A DNA stretch of 64,000 nucleotides from Anthoceros angustus (lineage: Eukaryota; Plantae; Anthocerotophyta): NCBI GenBank assembly GCA_010909165.1, contig MU008158.1, positions 1,079,478 through 1,143,477 of the forward strand, in the 5' to 3' direction. The notes below the pieces were generated by a model. It saw only the letters and a program-made list of their open reading frames with translations, was not told the DNA's origin and made no database searches. Numbering within the stretch: the first letter of the stretch is position 1; each line of letters starts with the position of its first letter. A program made the position numbers and the translations under genes. This document shows positions 1-12,517 of this stretch, one piece after another.

Positions 1-1854
1 TTTGTTGTGGGTGCTTGGCGATGGCGCAACCATGCTTAGCTTGCAGTGTTGCGGTGACCTTTTGCTTTTCGATTCGAGGCACTTGCCTCCCTCACAAAGT
101 ATATGTTATATGAGTTGTGAATTTCGGCTAAAGGAATGAAACTAAAATAGACATTTAAATGTCCCAATGGAAATGCGGTCGGTATGTGAACGGCACCGTT
201 ATGCCATAACAAGAGATTACTTGAAGTGTAACAAGACATGCACGCCACCGAAATGGCGTGTCTGACCCGCACTGCCCGCATGCATGCGAGGCGGGTGCAT
301 GGGGTTTTGTCGGGTCATTTGAAAGCGGTCATTTATCACAAGTCATCACTCAAATCTTATCGGATCTCCGCACCACCGCCGACATCTTGGATGGCTCCTA
401 CCATGGACCAATTTTCCACGGTGCAAGTCATTTCAACAACGTGGCGAAGAAACCGATTACCGGGTGATGCAGTATCGTAATCCCGATCGCCTTCCATACT
501 TGACCCAATTAGGCGGTAAGCCACATGGTTGGCGCACTAAGTCGGTCATGTCGGCAACATGAGAATGGGCGTGAACATGGCGGTGGCGGTTGAGGAATTC
601 AACCTCCCATCTCGATCGGTGACTTGCACGCAGTGGGGGATACACCGATCACCATGGAGTTCCCACACGCCGACACGGTAAGACCACGCGATCCCGTCTC
701 ATTCCAAGCGAGTGTCCGATCCGAAGCCCATGACAAGCGGCGGCTCATTTCCACGACGCTGGACTATCGGGGCAAATGGCAATGTCTGGTCATCGGAGGC
801 GAAGGCAGCGGAAGTTTGCCGGCCGCAACACTCACCCTATACCCACCCGGTGGAATTCGCGGAGGTCAAGGAAGGAATCGCGATCGACCGGTTTGACCGT
901 CGTGTGGCGCATTGCATAATGCTTGGGGTCGGAGCTTTGTTGCGGTGGTGGGCAAGCTCGCTACATCATTGCAATGGGCCACCTTTTGTTGACCACATGG
1001 ACAACACGCACCTGATGTTTGGTGAGAAAACATGGAATGTTGTGGGTTCGAGAGTGGCCCATGGCACCGTGTGGCAACGCAAACCTCCGGGATGAGGAAG
1101 TGGAAGGAGGCGGAGGCGTTGGCAAGGTGAATGAGTTGCTATTCGGGGCTTGACGGCTCCAAGACACAAGGAATTCTTGGAACTCATTCGGACAAAGGCT
1201 ACCAGATACCGGTAGGTGGAGCGAATTGTCAAAGTCGAGGAGGAAGACATTATGCGAAGATGTCAGTTCCGGACTTAGCATGAAGGCGGCCCATTTTTTA
1301 GCCAACATACAAGGAGTGAACCAGCGGTATGTAAAGCGACCAAGGCTTGTGCCTTAGAGGAAAAAAAGGGAAACAGTCCTCGAAATTCAAGCCACCCATG
1401 GCGGATGACAAGGTATGGCAAGAGGTGCTTACATGGGCACGGGTTGAACTTGACAACATGGCAACTTTTGCCCTCCAAAGCTCAACTAAAAAGGCAAGAC
1501 TCAAGGCGGATGGCGAGGGCCTAACCAAGATGGCGTTGTGGGAAGAAGGGATGGATCTACAAGTTCCAAAGCATGGGAGGGATCCAACGGTGAGGAGCTT
1601 GAATTTGGGGCTCTCCGTCCTATGAAAACATAACCCGTAAGTGTGCGAGGTGGAGGGGTGGAAGGATTTCTCGGCGTGCAGCTAAGAAGGAGGGAAGGAA
1701 GCGGAAATATGACCGCATCGCAGGATATCACGAGATCGGACCGGCGGGGAACATGTGGCGGACGATGGCGATGATAGCGGGAGGAGGATCAAGAAGGAGG
1801 TAATGGTGTGTTTGAGGACCATATGTCAAGTGACGCGATCGATAAGACAATGCC

Positions 1855-2060
1855 GATGGCGAGAATGGGGATGCGAGGGGAAGATGGGCAAGAAGGGGAA
1901 AGAGAAGGGGAAGAAGAGGATGAGGAAGAGGACAATGGGGAAGAGGACGAGGAGGATGAGAGCAGGAAGCCGAGGCGAAGAAGAGGAGGGTCATGAGGAA
2001 GGCAGCGCGGAGATGGAGGTAGGTCGGTTGATGATGGAGAGTGGGATGAAATTGCACAAT
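1855..2060 (+). repeat. Purine-rich low-complexity tract reading as an acidic Glu/Asp run
   Basis: GAG/GAA/GAT-rich tract; frame 1808-1996 reads EGEREGEEEDEEEDNGEEDEEDESRKPRRRR. Confidence 0.7.
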
Positions 2061-3220
2061 TCCGGGAAGAACCGAGGTCGGTGGCAAAACCGCAAGGAAG
2101 AAATTTGAGGAAAGGGGTGGCCCCACATATGGAAGTCACGATAACAAGGGCCAGGCTTCACGAAAGAGGCGTCTGGGGGAAAAGCAAGCGGTCATCGGTT
2201 TCTTGTGTAAGATTGGTGTTGATGTTGGTCACTTTCTTGTTTGATGCATCATCGTCGGTGTTTGGTGTGTTTGGTGTCATGCGGGGAGAACCCTCCATCA
2301 TAAGCCGGGATCACACGAGAAAGACGGCTAAAGCAAGGCCCCAATGTGTGTAGAAGGTCGCGAGCGGAAAAGGCCAAAGGCATAAGCATCCGGAGCGACA
2401 AAGCCGTCAAATACCCCGAGTGCGATTAGATAGCCATATGCATATGGCTTATGGTGCATGGGCCTCCTGCGCCATAAAACATGATACAACGATTTACAAA
2501 TGCTCCTGGAATTAATGCTTTCTACATGGTGTATGCCAACTATGCGGGCGACATACAAGCCCTATCAATCCTCATACATACAAATCGTCAAGATGTTTTC
2601 CGCGATACATACGCGGTGTCGGATGGGCGAAAAATAGGTGGCGGTGGCAATACCCTATGCGAAATGACACTTGTCGAGAAGCCGAACACGTTGGGGAAAT
2701 CGAAGGTGATGTAGCATCCACAAAGGCATCCGGTCCGGGTCACGCATCATGAGTGGCGTCGGGCGTGAATGTGGCTTGTGCACATAAATGAGCGCGCCCC
2801 TTCATGTCGAGCGGCAAAACCAATCCCCCAAACCACGGTCACCAACCTGTGCCCAACCCTAACCAAGCGTTACGTAATACGAATCGCTTCTACAATTTAA
2901 TTGTTTGGTTCTCGAGTACCGGGAACCGTAATTACAAAGGACATTATAATGTAACAATAGGATGGATATATGTTACAAAAAAACCCACCGGTTTTAGTAG
3001 TGCCACCACGCCCACCAAGGCGACGGTAGGTAGCCCCGACGGACTCGTCGCCGAAAAAATGGAAGACGGTGCCACCCGCAAACACCCAGACGGACACGTG
3101 CGCCTGCCCGCCCCACGGAGTGCAAGAGTCAAGAGGCGGTGAGAAGGGCGAAGAGACGCCCAGGGGAGGCGGAGGCCCACGGCGGCAGCCCACCCGGGCC
3201 GTGCTCGGCCAGGAGGCAAG

Positions 3221-4800
3221 GGTCAGCCAACCCCTCACCCTCCGAGCCCCGAGGAAGAGGCGAATAAGGAATTGGCGGCCAAGAGGGCCAAGAGGTGAGG
3301 CTCGGGACCTCAGACTCGGGACCTAAGGGACCCGATTAGGTCCGAGAGGCCCAGCCGGACTACTCTCCCGGACTGCAGTATGGAGGTCCTTGGCGCCGAG
3401 AGATGCCCGCCCCACAACGGACTTTGGGGCCTCACCAATGGCGGCCGTAAGAGAGACACAGCGGGTCCTGCTACTCATGGACGGATACATACTCGGGGTC
3501 TCGCGACGCCAGGAAGACCTGTGGAGGTGGAAGCCACGAGGAGGCGATGGTGCTCCTCCGTGGAGCAGATGGAGGCGCCCAGAGGCGAGGAGGCGAGGAG
3601 GAAGGCGGCTCGGCCGCATCGAAGAGGAAGCGGAGGCCGAAGAGAAGTCTCGTCCATTCGACAGACGGACTAAGTTTCTTCCTGTGAGCGGTGGCGAACC
3701 TGAGGAGGCCCAAGCACGGGCGAGGATCTACGCGCCAGCGAAGGAGAGGCAAGGGGTCACTCAACCCCTCACCCTCCGAGCCCCAGGAGGAAGAGGCGAA
3801 TAAGGAATTGGCGGCCAAGAGGGCCAAGAGGTGAGGCTCGGGACCTCGGCACTCGGGACCTAAGGGACCCGATTAGGTCAGGAGCCCAGCCGGACTCGGA
3901 CTGCAGTATGGAGGTCCTTGGCGGCCGAGAGATGCCCGCCCCACAACGGACTTTGGGGCCTCACCAATGGCGGCCGTGGAAGAGACACAGCGGGTCCTGG
4001 CTACCGTCATGGACCATACATGCCTGGGGTCTCTGGACGGCCGAGAAGACCTGTGGAGGTGGAAGCCACGAGGAGGCGATGGTGCTCCTCCGGGGAGCAG
4101 ATGGAGGCGGCCAGAGGCGAGGAGGCGAGGAGGAAGGCGGCTCGGCCGCATCGAAGAGGAAGCGGGGAGGCGAAGAGAAGTCTCGTCCATTCGACAGACG
4201 GACTAAGTTTCTTCCTGTGAGCGGTGGCGAACCTGAGGAGGCCCAAGCACGGGCGAGGATCTACGCGCCAGCGAAGGAGAGGCAAGGGGTCACTCAACCC
4301 CTCACCCTCCGAGCCCCAGGAGGAAGAGGCGAATAAGGAATTGGCGGCCAAGAGGGCCAAGAGGTGAGGCTCGGGACCTCGGCACTCGGGACCTAAGGGA
4401 CCCGATTAGGTCAGGAGCCCAGCCGGACTCGGACTGCAGTATGGAGGTCCTTGGCGGCCGAGAGATGCCCGCCCCACAACGGACTTTGGGGCCTCACCAA
4501 TGGCGGCCGTGGAAGAGACACAGCGGGTCCTGGCTACCGTCATGGACCATACATGCCTGGGGTCTCTGGACGGCCGAGAAGACCTGTGGAGGTGGAAGCC
4601 ACGAGGAGGCGATGGTGCTCCTCCGGGGAGCAGATGGAGGCGGCCAGGCGAGGAGGAAGGCGGCTCTCGGCCGCATCGAAGGCCGGGAGGCCGAAGAGAA
4701 GTCTCGTCCATTCGACAGACGGACTAAGTTTCTTCACGGTGAGTACCGGTGAGCGAGCCACCAGAGGCCCAAGCAGGGGCCGAGGATCTCGCCAGCGAGG
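3221..4800 (+). repeat. Tandem array, about 3 copies of a 533-534 bp unit
   Basis: CCCCTCACCCTCCGAG recurs at 3231, 3765 and 4298. Copies are near-identical apart from small indels; the third diverges after about 4740. Confidence 0.95.
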
Positions 4801-5974
4801 AGGAGCGGGGAGGCGGAGACTCGCGACACAGGCGGGCGGCCGGGCAGCGAGGCTTAGTCAGGCAAGACGGAAGCGGAAGCGCAGCAAGGTCGACCGGGAT
4901 CACCATCGACGTGATCGGGCCGGTGGAGGAGATGGCTAGGGTAGCGGCCAACCTCAAGGCGCGGCGGGAGGAGGAGGAAGGCGGCGGTGAGGAGGCACTA
5001 GAGGTCAGCACCGGGAGATCGGGACCTCAGTGGTGCGTGCAGGAGGTAGAAGGCGGCAGGAGCTAGAGGACAAAGTAAGATACCTTGGGTTGCAACTCCA
5101 AGACGAGCAAAGCGGGGGTTCTCAACGAGAATCCAAGACTGAGCGAGAGATAGAACGCCTCCAGCTCCGCTGAAGACGGAGGAGAATAGGCGCGGTGCAA
5201 GGAGTTCGGTCATAGGCGCAGCGGGGAGAGTGGAGGAAGTCGAGTCGAAATGACGAGATACCGCCCCCGGAGAAGGAAGTAGCGGACCTCGAGGAAAGAG
5301 TAGACGAGGAGGAGGAAAGCATCGGAGGAGAAGCAATCGATCGCTCGTCAGGTTGCAGGAAGCAGAGGGGAGCTCAGCTCCATGGCCCGCATGGCGGGCG
5401 GGGCTGGAACAAGCAGCGGGGAGGAGGAGAGCGTCGAGCAATGCAAAGGCGGAGGTGATTTCGGAGGCCGCCTTAACGGCATCAAGAGAGTCCGCCCGCC
5501 TACGGTGAAATAACAGGCAGACGGGCAGAAGCCAGTAGGGCGACATGCCCACCGGAGCACCTTTGGAGGGAGTACCGGGTGCTCGGGTTTATGTGGAAGA
5601 GGATTCGGTCGATTCCGACCGCCTACTGCAGAGCTCCTCAAGGCTCGGAGGTCCTGCGCCACTCTAGGCGGGAGGGTGGACTTCGTAAGGGTCGAAGGAG
5701 GAGGCGAGAGAGGCGGACCAGGGACAGTGACCACACGGGAGCCCTAGGAGCGCTGTTTGACGACGGCAGCGAGGAGGAGGCGAGGAGGAGGCGAGGAGGA
5801 GGAAGGGTCGCTACACCGGAGGTAAGCACTCGGCACCCTCACATGGAAGGAAGGGAGGAGGATCTTGGGGAGGCTGCGGAAAGGCGCAACCGGCATTCGA
5901 GGGTGGGAGGGCTCGGTGGATGAGCCGTGATCGGCCCGGTGAGGAGGCGAGCCAGGAGCCTCAGGTGGACTTTG

Positions 5975-6226
5975 TCCGGACTCGAGGAAAGGTCCGGTGT
6001 CCCCCAGAGGAGTCTGGACTTAGAGATCCAAACTAGTGACGAGTCCAACCCCGAGGTCCGGACTCGGGAAGGTTGAGTCAGGCCCCAGGACCCCGGCAAG
6101 TCCGGACCCCGAGGTCCGGACTCGAGAAGGAGGAGGCGAGCCGGACACAGGCCGGACCCCGGAGGAAGACGGACCTAGAGGTCCGGACTCGGGAATCAGC
6201 CCGAGGTCACGAGGTCCGGACTAGGG
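5975..6226 (+). repeat. Clustered GTCCGGAC(T/C)(C) short repeats
   Basis: (GAG)GTCCGGACTCG-like motif seen about six times at irregular spacing. Confidence 0.8.
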
Positions 6227-8352
6227 AGTGGGGAGAGCCACCAATCACTAGCCCCATCAGGCCCACAGGCCCATTGCGAGGCCCGCGAGAAATAAGAGGA
6301 GGCGAGGAGGACTTAGTGGTGACGCAGTTGTCGAGGCGCCGGTGGCGCGGCTGAGACCCTTGGGAAGAGGAAGGGGTCCCGCCTTGCGGATCATCCGATT
6401 GGGTGCCTGCAATGGCGAGCTCGGCTTTGGGCCGGTGCTAAGAAGAAACCGAGGCCATCCTGCCCACCACCAAGCGGCGATAGGAGGAATAGGAGGATAG
6501 TAGGCGGCAGTTAGAGCTTTGGTCGGCTCAGGTGTAATAGCGCGTAGTATAAGAGGTGAAGGAAATCATCTTCTCTTGGTGTTGATGCCGCTTTCTTGCA
6601 GACCCTTGCGTCTTCTTGCTAACGTGAGTCCCGAGTCTGAGCCACGGCCCCGGAGAGGATCAAGGTCAGTGACGGACCCTAACGTGTGGTGGTGTGTGCG
6701 GGGAAGAGCGAATGGGGACCCTTGTTCCTCCAGGCGGCCCGTCGAAGCAGACCGGGCGTGTGGCCGGAGGAACTCGGGAGGCGTCTCTGAGCCGGACGGA
6801 GAGGCCCCAGTGAGCGGAGGAGGTCCTGACCTCGCGTTTTCCCAAGGTTGATAAGTGTAGTGAGAGTGGTGAGGAGGGAACGGACTAGAGGCACGAGCGC
6901 GTGAGCGATCTGGGACGTAACGGGTCCTTAAGCGTTTGGCCACGCCCGGGCCTGTTCGGTGGATGTTACGAGTAGTTAGGCGCAAAATAACGAATGTGTG
7001 TGTTATGGCCACAAGGTGAGGTGAGGTGAGAATCGAACAAAAGCGCAAAGAGCTTATCATTCTCTTGGGGAGGCGGACTCCTTACTACGACACGGGATTG
7101 TCTGGCGGTGTCCCAGTGGCGCCCACAACAACTTTTCTATATGGATCTCGTAATGAAGACATGTACACATGTGCTAACCTGAAGGATATGAGTATGAGGA
7201 ACACCCCAACAAAGTATGCAAATTGTTAAAGACAATATATGGATTAAAATAGATTGTTTGGTAGCTTAACATCCATGTGTTTTTGCTAGGCCAGTCTTTT
7301 GTACAGAGTGCTGCTGACAACAACATCTGCAGGCTTGTACGTGGACGCAGCTTTGTGGTCCTTGCCTTAGTCACAGATAATATCATCCTGACAACAAATA
7401 ACACAATTTTGTTAGCAGATGTTATAGATATGCTCATCAGTAAATATGAAGACATATAGTTAACGTTTTGTCTTGGAATTTAGCTTCTCCGTGTCCGATC
7501 TGAAGGCCTCTTGATTATCCTTCAGTATTAGTACATCCAAGATCTACTTCATAAGTTTAAGCTTGATCAAGCCCATCCTGCAACAACACCATCTGTTGCT
7601 GTGGCAAATAAACAAGTCTTCAACGTCCATAAACAACAGAAGAGCTGAAGGAAATGGAAAGTGTTTCTTACCGACATGCTGTTGGAAGTTTGTTGTTTGT
7701 GGCGAACAAGACGCGCCGTAGTAGAAGAACAGAGGCAACGCGATCTTGGCGAAAGGGAGCCTAGTCGAGGCTCAACCCGAGGGATGGAGGCACGAAATTG
7801 ACTAGTTAAAGAGCGAAGCTTGAAAGACATGGGGGGACTAAGATAACGTGGCAGTTTCAAGAAGCTAGAGAGAGAAATCACATAATTATGATCCTTATAA
7901 TAAAAAAACTTGGTGGAAAGAGGGAATAGGGTATCAAGTAAGGCGGAGGTATCGAAATTTGAATGCCTTACGCATAAGGTGGACGATAGGTAGATAGTAT
8001 TTGAAGAGGTTTTCTAAATGCATCGATTTGACCAACGGGACAAAAAATATGTATGTGATTGGAATGGGCTGAATCATGTTAAGTGGGTAACGTGAGTGAA
8101 TCAAGACCCGTATTGCTTAACAGCGAGGTCTAAGCCCATTGTGGCGGGGGAGGAAGTTTGATGTGAAAACGCTGCAAGAGGAACCGCGAAAAGACACTGG
8201 GGAGCTGAAGTGGGCAGGGCCCTGATCACCCAGCTGATGAGCGAGCATGAACTGCTCTTGGGGACTACTTTGAAGTTCCTGTAGGACTGCCCAGGGCGTG
8301 CTACTGTAGTTCCAACTCTATATGCGCAGCCTGCGATTCCTGAAGGAGGAAG

Positions 8353-11300
8353 ATGGGGAGATCACCCCATAGCAGCATCCTTTTTTTTCTCTGTGTCGGC
8401 TTCTCTTGGACGATCCTTGGTCTTAAGGCCAATGCGAACGTGAGGGGAGTCTCGCCTGCAGGTAACCTAGCCCCATCTCACTGGCTTGATCGCTGCAGTA
8501 CGGCAAAGCTGCGTTCAAGAATTGTTCAGCTGAGTTATCATTTCAGTCACACCTGATAGGTGTTCTTGTTGAACGTAAAGGCGAATGGTTTGGCTCGTGC
8601 TTGTTGCAGATGAGAAATTCTACTCCGGCTCCGTTATCTGGTGCAAGGATGGCTCAAAGAGTTTTCCTAAGGAACGCTTGAATGACGATTTCTGTGACTG
8701 TGTCGATGGTACTGATGAGCCAGGTACACAAGTTTTGTGATTATGGGCTGCAGTAGTTTGCAGTGGTACTTGGAAGTAGCACATTGTGATCTGCTATTCT
8801 TCAGCGCACATCCACGCGGGTGATGATGAATTTCTGTCTTGACCAGGGACATCTGCTTGCCCGGATGGGAAGTTTTATTGCTTCAATAAAGGGCATTCTC
8901 CACAATTCATATTTTCATCAAGGGTGAACGACGGCATTTGCGGTGTGGCATTTCCCCTGGTTCTCTTCTTCAGCTTTTTACATCCTAACTGCCTTACGCT
9001 GGCCTCATCAACCTGCTGCATATTCATGTTACTAGCTTCATGCAGATTGTTGTGATGGGAGCGATGAGTATAATGGGCAAGTAAGGTGTGCAAATACATG
9101 CTGGGAGGCAGGAAAGTCTTCTAGAATTAAGTTGTCAAAGGAAATCAATGCGTTAAAGGATGGTCTGAGCATCAAAGCCAAAAAAGTTGAACTGGCCAAG
9201 AAATCCCGCAAGGAGAATGAGTTGGAACTGTCCAAGCTGAAGAAAGAAGAAAAGATACTTTCAGCTACTGTTAGCAAACTCAACGGTTAGTCCTCATCCG
9301 GCGTGGGTCTTGTTTCATAAAGCCTATTTTGTTAGGAAAACTATCGTACTGCTGGCTGGCATTGAGCTTGAATGTGATGTGTAGCATGCTTGGTTCAAAG
9401 GTCTTGTGAGCGTCAATTGCTGCACGTTGTGATCTGGGACTAGCAAGGACAAGAATAGGGCCTTGCCAGTGCGTGGCCAGGATCTTTGAATGAGTGATAC
9501 CCTGCGTGTGCATGAGTTGCCTTTAGAATGCTTTTGAGGTGGTAAGGTGGAGGTTGTCTAGAGTGAGTAGGATTATGATTGCAGCCTCTGGCCTGTTCCA
9601 TGACAGACATGAAACTGCTGGTGGCATGCGAGATGGTTTTGGTGGCTGCATTTTTCGGGTGGCTTTGTTGTGGTGGCCGAATTCGCAAGGCGCACCCACG
9701 ACTGAGGAGAGGATTACCTCATTAATATTGTTACGTGATCTTTGTGTTTTTGAGGAGTATGCAGACGTTCCTTCTAGATGCTTGTGATGACATGATGGTG
9801 ATGCCTTTCACAAAAGGCAGTATTTTCTTGACTTGTGCTTTGCACAGACCGCGCTGATCCAATGGGGTATGGTTAACACATGACAGTGGAAAAGGAAGCT
9901 GTAGAGGCGGCAGAGAGGCAGGCACAGCTTGAGAGAGAGAAGAAAGACAAGGAAGAGAGAGAAAGTAACGAGAGAGAGACCTCTGAAGCAGACGTCAAGT
10001 CAGATGAGGAAGAGGTAGTTTACCCTTTGCTTTTGGGCCATGCGTCTGGTGGCAAGAGTGGAGAGCAATTAGTAGGTAGACTATGAATGCATGGCTTGCT
10101 CTGAACTAGAATGTCAGCAAGGGAATTTTCTGTTCATTGAATATGCTGGGATTCCATTTTCTGACCAAATTTTCACTTGAGGCTCAGCGCCTCCACTTGT
10201 AAGGACACTTTTTAACTTGGGTATTAATATCAAGCTAGATATTATTTGATGTCACAAAGAATGCTTTGCTATTGCAGGATGATGATGATGATTTTGTCGC
10301 TGGTACTGACGAGCAGACTCTGCCTTCAACAACAGCACACGACAGTGCCTACCCAAGTCATGATGTAATAGAACTTTCCCTGTCACGACCAAATTTTGTC
10401 TTACTCCAACCAGCTGATGTGCAAAACTAGCATGTCCGAGATGTCACTTTTCATGCTCCTTGACATGCAAGGCTGCCTCAATGTCCTGAGAAAGCATTCC
10501 GTGATTCTTTTACAGCCAGATCAAGTCAAAACGACTGAGGTTGAACCAGCAGCAAGTAGCCAGACTGAAGATTTAGCAGCCGAATCCAAGGCAGATGCCG
10601 AAGCAGTTGATTTGGAGAAGTTGTCTGAGGAGGAGCTTGGCAGAGTAATAGCGTCTCGGTGGACGGGAGAAGCAACAGGTCTGGAGGGAAAAACTGAGGA
10701 AGTAGAAGACGTAGAGACAACTGAGGAGTTGGATGTTGAAGACCAGGAGGACTATGAACAGTATGACGAAGATCTCCTTGTCCAGGAAGACCATGCCCAT
10801 GAAGATGATGACCTTGACAAGTATAGTGTAGATGCATCGGATTCCGAAGAGCAGACAGGTTTGTACTGACATGCTGGTCAACAATAACAGTTGTGCATAC
10901 TTTGCAAACGTCATCGGATTCTCTGTTTTCATGTAGTTTTTTTTCCTGTTGAATCAGCCACTCAATCAGTTTGGTCCAAGATAACAGAGAGAGCCCAGGC
11001 TTTGTTGAGAGTGGTGGGACTTGCTACGGTCACGGTTGACACGTCAGGTGAGAAGGACTGACCTGTTCACATGTCCCATATGTTGTTTTCATGCTTGTAT
11101 TCTAAATGATGAGTCATTTTTTGAAGCTGCAGATGGTAATCGGATTAGAAGCCAGTATCGGGAGGCATCATCTAGGCTGTCAGATGCTCAATCACAAATC
11201 TCTGACTTGGAGAGCCGGTTGAAGCAAGATTTTGGTAATGGCCCAGGATTTGGATGTTGTTGAAGGAGTTTTGCTTTCACTGTTCTGAGGTCCTGGTGTC

Positions 11301-12335
11301 GCAGGAAAGGAAGGCGAGTTCTACCTGATGTATGGGGAATGTTATGAAACAAAGCAAAACAAGTAAGAATATTGCTGTCACAACTCTTCCAATCGCTCCT
11401 TTTCGATTATTGTGCCCCGTCACTGCTGGGTTTGTTTCACTGGGTTTTGTTGTAATGTTTGCCGTGTGCAGGTACACCTACAAAGTTTGCCCGTTTCGTC
11501 AAGCAACCCAACTTGAGGGCAGTTCAACAAGCCGATTGGGGTAACTATATTGTAGTGTTCCGTTTGCCGCCTGGTGGGTTTGGAATGTTGTTTGTCCCCG
11601 CTAAGTGAAGGAGCTTGTTTTCGTGTTTTTAAGTTCAATACCTGTTCTGGTCACAAATATTGAACTGCTAGAACGATTAAGTAGTGCGTGTACTGTCTCT
11701 GGTTATTTTGTATGGTCTGGTGAGTCATCTTCTGAGGTACCCGGCTTCATTTCTTCCTCCTTCTAACCAAGGAGCCATTGCAATCAGGTCGTGGAGTGGC
11801 TTCAAGGATGGGTATAGTTCTATGTTGTTTGACCAAGGTGACACATGCTGGAATGGACCACAGAGGAGTCTAAGGGTACTTAGATGACTTTTCCGACTCC
11901 ATTTATCAATATGTTACGCCTGCATTGGACCGATGTCGTTAGAGTGATTGTACTAGTTGCTGTGTTTATTGCGTGTTCATTCTGATCTGGGTGCAGGTCC
12001 GGCTACTTTGCGGATCCAAAACTGAGCTGCTTAATATTGACGAGCCAAGTCGTTGCGAGTAAGAGCTTGAAGTTCTGGCTTGAAGCTAGAAAGTGTTGTC
12101 TCGCTTTGTTTGCTCTGTTCTCATGGTGGGCATTGCAGATACGTTGGAGACTTGTCTACTCCTGCAGCGTGTTCTGTGGCGAAGTTGCAGGTATCCTTCC
12201 CCCTTGTTGGCTGACCTTACGGTTTAGCGGATTCAGTAGCGCTGATCATTCCGTCGGGGTTGTTATTTTTGTTAGGCACTGCAAGCTCAGCTGTTGGAGC
12301 AAACACAAGAACTGGATAGCCATGAAGAACTTTGA
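8353..12335 (+). CDS. PSL4: Glucosidase II beta subunit (PRKCSH/PSL4-like), multi-exon
   Basis: Signal peptide [28 protein letters not shown]; exons [49 protein letters not shown]; coiled-coil and acidic middle; MRH-domain exons [27 protein letters not shown]; C-terminal HEEL* ER-retention variant; GT-AG junctions traceable. Confidence 0.95.
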
Positions 12336-12517
12336 ATCAACACTCGTCAAAATTTTGGCCATATATTTTTCAACTCTGCCAAGCCACGTACAGGCGAAAA
12401 CTCTGTAGGTTGGGAGTAGGTAAAGCCAGAAGAGAGGCTGTGCTGGGACAAATAAGCAGGGTTGTAATTATTAGGTCTTCTGTAATTCAACACTTGCAGA
12501 GACCGGCGCCGTTAGCA

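Larger units (their letters stand above)
3..7130. mobile_element. Unclassified GC-rich repeat element (possible giant solo LTR of Tat/Ogre type, or a TG..CA-ended element), degenerate
   Basis: TGTTGTGGGTGC at 3-14 and GCGCCCACAACA at 7119-7130 form an 11/12 inverted match with TG..CA ends. The interior holds frameshifted ORF-like text, a 533-bp tandem array, GTCCGGACT repeats, GGCCCA motifs (about 6250-6290) and a TATAAG (about 6547). No RT, integrase or transposase motif recognised. Confidence 0.4.

Noticed and set aside
7200-7881. Minus-strand gene with a transit-peptide-like first exon, divergent from the glucosidase gene
   Set aside because: A GTAAG donor exists, but every downstream frame hits stops and no family is recognisable; at most a pseudogene.
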